Below are positions 58,349 through 64,000 of a stretch of DNA of 64,000 bases, one piece after another; within the stretch, counting starts at the first letter, position 1, and every line of letters begins with the position of its first letter. The translations under genes were made by a program, and so were the position numbers. The DNA is taken from NCBI RefSeq assembly GCF_009914755.1, contig NC_060947.1; one strand, 5' to 3'. The notes below the pieces were generated by a model. It had not been told where the DNA came from, made no database searches, and was given only the letters and a program-made list of their open reading frames with translations. The DNA is from the human T2T-CHM13v2.0 reference genome, Homo sapiens.

Positions 58349-58866
58349 TATTGTTCATATCACTATCAGCATTTTCGTCAAAGCCATTCAACAAGTCTCT
58401 AGAGAGTTCCAAACTTTCCCACATTTTCCTGTCTTCTTCTGAGCCCTCCAAACTGTTCCAACCTCTGCCTGTTACCCAGTTCCAAAGTCACTTCCACATT
58501 TTCAGGTATTTTTTCAGCAGCATCCCACCATAGTGGTACAAATTTATTGTATTAATCTGCTTTCATACCTGAGACTGGGAAGAAAAAGAGATTTAATGAA
58601 CTTACAGTTCCACATGGCTGGGAAGGCCTCACAATCATGGCAGAAGGTGAAAGGCACGTCTCACATGGTGGCAGACAAGAGAAGAGAGCTTGTGCAGGGA
58701 AACTCCCATTTTTATAACCATCAGATCTCATGGGGTTTATTCACTATCATGAAAACAGCACGGGAAAGACCTGCCCTCTTGATTCAACCACCTCTAACCA
58801 GGTCCCTCCCACAACACATGGGAATTCAAGATGAGATTTGGGTGGGGACACAGCCAATCCATATCA
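58349..58866 (-). mobile_element. THE1B-like 5' LTR (58548-58866) plus first ~200 bp of THE1-int
   Basis: Reverse complement of the LTR and internal start; ends 'gatttgggtggggacacagccaatccatatca'. Confidence 0.93.
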
Positions 58867-59610
58867 GATAACAACACCCAAGTCCTTTCAAATATGCATA
58901 AAGCCATCCCAAGAAGGATGGCTACAAAGAAATCTAGCCACTGAAGACTACAATAAATACATAGCCCCTCAATGCCCAAACACTGAAGAACATCCACTAG
59001 CATCAACACCATCCCGGAAAACATGACCTCACCAAATGAACTAAATAAGGCACCAGAGACTAATACTGGAAAAATGGAGATACGTGACCTTTCAGAGAGA
59101 GAATTCAAAACAGCTGCTTTTAGGAAGCTCAAAGAAATTAAAGAAAACACAAAGAAAAAAATGCAGAATTCTACCAGATAAATTTAACAGAGACTGAAAT
59201 AATTTAAAAGAATTAAGCAGAAGTTCTGGAGCTAAAAATTGCAATTGACATTCTGAAGAAAGCACCAGAGTCCTTTAATAGCAGAATTAATCAAGCAGAA
59301 GAATTAGTGAGCTTGAAGAAAGCCTATCTGAAAATACAAAGTCAGAGAAGATAAAAGAAAAAGAGAATTTAAAAAATGAAGCATTACTACAGGATCTAGA
59401 AAATAGCCTCAAAAGGGCAAGTCTAACAGTTATTGGTCGTAAAGAGAAGGTAGAGAAAGAGATGGAGGTAAAAAGTTTATTCAAAAGGATTATAACAAAG
59501 AACTTCCCAACCTAGAGAAACATATCAATATACAAGTACAAAAAGGTTATAGAACAACAAGCAGATTTAACACAAAGAAGACTACCTCCAGGCACTTAAG
59601 AATCAAACTC

Positions 59611-60505
59611 CCGGATGGCCGAATAGGAACAGCTCTGGTCTACAGCTCCCAGCGTGAGCCACGCAGAAGACGGTGATTTCTGCATTTCCATCTGAGGTAC
59701 CGGGTTCATCTCACTAGGGAGTGCCAGACAGTGGGCATAGGTCAGTGGGTGCACGCACCATGCGCGAGCCGAAGCAGGGCGAGGCATTGCCTCACTCGGG
59801 AAGTGCAAGGGGTCAGGGAGTTCCCTTTCCTAGCCAAAGAAAGGGGTGATGGACGGAACCTGGAAAATCGGGTCACTCCCACCCGAATACTGCGCTTTCC
59901 CGACGGGCTAGAAAAACGGTGCACCACGAGATTATATCCCACACCTGGCTCGGAGGGTCCTACGCCCACGGAGTCTCCCTGATTGCTAGCACAGCAGTCG
60001 GAGATCAAACTGCAAGGCAGCAGCGTGGCTGGGGGAGGGGCGCCCGCCATTGCCCAGGCTTGCTTAGGTAAACAAAGCAGCCGGGAAGCTCCAACTGGGT
60101 GAAGCCAACCACAGCTCAAGGAGGCCTGCCTGCCTCAGTAGGCTCCACCTCTGGGGGCAGGGCACAGGCAAACAAAAAGACAGCAGTAACCTCTGCAGAC
60201 TTAAATGTCCCTGTCTGACAGCTTTGAAGAGAGCAGTGGTTCTCCCAGCACGCAGCTGGAGATCTGAGAACAGGCAGACTGCCTCCTCAAGTGGGTCCCT
60301 GATCCCTGACACCCGAGCAGCCTAACTGGGAGGCAACCCCCAGCAGGGGCACACTGACACCTCACATGGCCGGGTACTCCAACAGACCTGCAGCTGAGGG
60401 TCCTGTCTGTTAGAAGGAAAACTAACAAACAGAAAGGACATCCACACCAAAAACCCATTTGTACATCACCATCATCAAAGACCAAAAGTAGATAAAACCA
60501 CAAAG
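59611..60505. promoter_or_regulatory. L1 5'UTR with sense and antisense promoters
   Basis: Essentially complete L1PA 5'UTR retaining many CpGs; bidirectional activity is established for this family but not shown for this copy. Confidence 0.75.
59742..60050 (-). CDS. LINE-1 ORF0, open, 102 aa
   Basis: Begins MAGAPPPATLLPCSLISDCCASNQGDSVGVGPSEPGVGY, matching primate L1 ORF0. Confidence 0.8.
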   Translation of the reverse strand: MAGAPPPATLLPCSLISDCCASNQGDSVGVGPSEPGVGYNLVVHRFSSPSGKRSIRVGVTRFSRFRPSPLSLARKGNSLTPCTSRVRQCLALLRLAHGACTH

Positions 60506-61522
60506 ATGGGGAAAAAACAGAACAGAAAAACTGGAAACTCTAAAAAGCAGAGCACCTCTCCTCCTCCAAAGGAACGCAGTTCCTCACCAGCAACGGAACA
60601 AAGCTGGATGGAGAATGACTTTGACGAGCTGAGAGAAGAAGGCGTCAGATGATCAAATTACTCTGAGCTACGGGAGGACATTCAAACCAAAGGCAAAGAA
60701 GTTGAAAACTTTGAAAAAAATTTAGAAGAATGTATAACTAGAATAACCAATACAGAGAAGTGCTTAAAGGAGCTGATGGAGCTGAAAACCAAGGCTTGAG
60801 AACTACGTGAAGAATGCAGAAGCCTCAGGAGCCGATGCGATCAACTGGAAGAAAGGGTATCAGCGATGGAAGATGAAATGAATGAAATGAAGCGAGAAAG
60901 GAAGTTTAGAGAAAAAAGAATAAAAAGAAATGAGCAAAGCCTCCAAGAAATATGGGACTATGTGAAAAGACCAAATCTACATCTGATTGGGGTACCTGAA
61001 AGCGATGGGGAGAATGAAACCAAGTTGGAAAACACTCTGCAGGATATTATCCAGGAGAACTTCCCCAATCTAGCAAGGCAGGCCAACATTCAGATTCAGG
61101 AAATACAGAGAACACCACAAAGATACTCCTCGAGAAGAGCAACTCCAAGACACATAATTGTCAGATTCACCAAAGTGGAAATGAAGGAAAAAATGTTAAG
61201 GGCAGCCAGAGAGAAAGGTCGGGTTACCCTCAAAGGGAAGCCCATCAGACTAACAGCAGATCTCTCGGCAGAAACCCTACAAGCCAGAAGAGAGTGGGGG
61301 GCAACATTCAACATTCTTAAAGAAAAGAATTTTCAACCCAGAATTTCATATCCAGCCAAACTAAGCTTCATAACTGAAGGAGAAATAAAATACTTTACAG
61401 ATAAGCAAATGCTGAGAGATTTTGTCACCACCAGGCCTGCCCTAAAAGAGCTCCTGAAGGAAGTGCTAAACATGGAAAGGAACAACCGGTACCAGCCGCT
61501 GCAAAATCATGCCAAAATGTAA
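60506..61522 (+). pseudogene. LINE-1 ORF1p, full length (1017 nt) with two nonsense codons
   Basis: ATG GGG AAA AAA CAG start; TGA at 60650-60652 and ~60797 (CGA>TGA); C-terminal 218 aa open with 'REKG' and 'YPAKLS'. Confidence 0.93.
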
Positions 61523-61585
61523 AGACCATCCAGACTAGGAAGAAACTGCACCAACTAACAAGCAAAATAACCAGCTAACATCATA

Positions 61586-64000
<2,415 letters not shown>

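Larger units (their letters stand above)
56672..59610 (+). mobile_element. L1M1/L1MA-type 5'UTR and ORF1, interrupted by THE1 elements and at 59610 by L1PA2/3
   Basis: Starts 'gggagaggtggagcaacatg'; ORF1-like 'atgacctcaccaaatgaactaaataaggcacca...gagagaattcaaaac'. Confidence 0.85.

Overview
Primate (human-like) genomic DNA, AT-rich and dominated by interspersed repeats, i.e. intergenic or deep intronic. I found no intact protein-coding gene, RNA gene or CRISPR array. Almost all ORFs in the track are sense or antisense remnants of LINE-1, Alu, MaLR or simple repeats. Main content: (1) three large nested LINE-1 clusters (~0.26-7.7 kb, ~10.9-23.8 kb, ~54.4-64 kb), including a near-full-length L1PA2/late-L1PA3 at 59.6 kb with dead ORF1/ORF2 but an open antisense ORF0; (2) a complete MST MaLR provirus with two nested insertions; (3) many solo LTRs, Alus, MIR/L2/L3 and DNA-transposon fossils. 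The most notable oddities are repair and rearrangement scars: two opposite-facing THE1 half-proviruses fused into a large inverted repeat, a tail-less 100-bp L1 fragment bracketed by palindromic repeats, and a 23-bp fold-back hairpin at an L1 5' junction. There is also an unidentified 147-bp frame-preserving candidate exon on the minus strand, in phase with an ORF0 splice donor. Subfamily names come from recalled consensus motifs, not a database search, and boundaries of old repeats are approximate. I see no solid evidence for a wholly new biological system.
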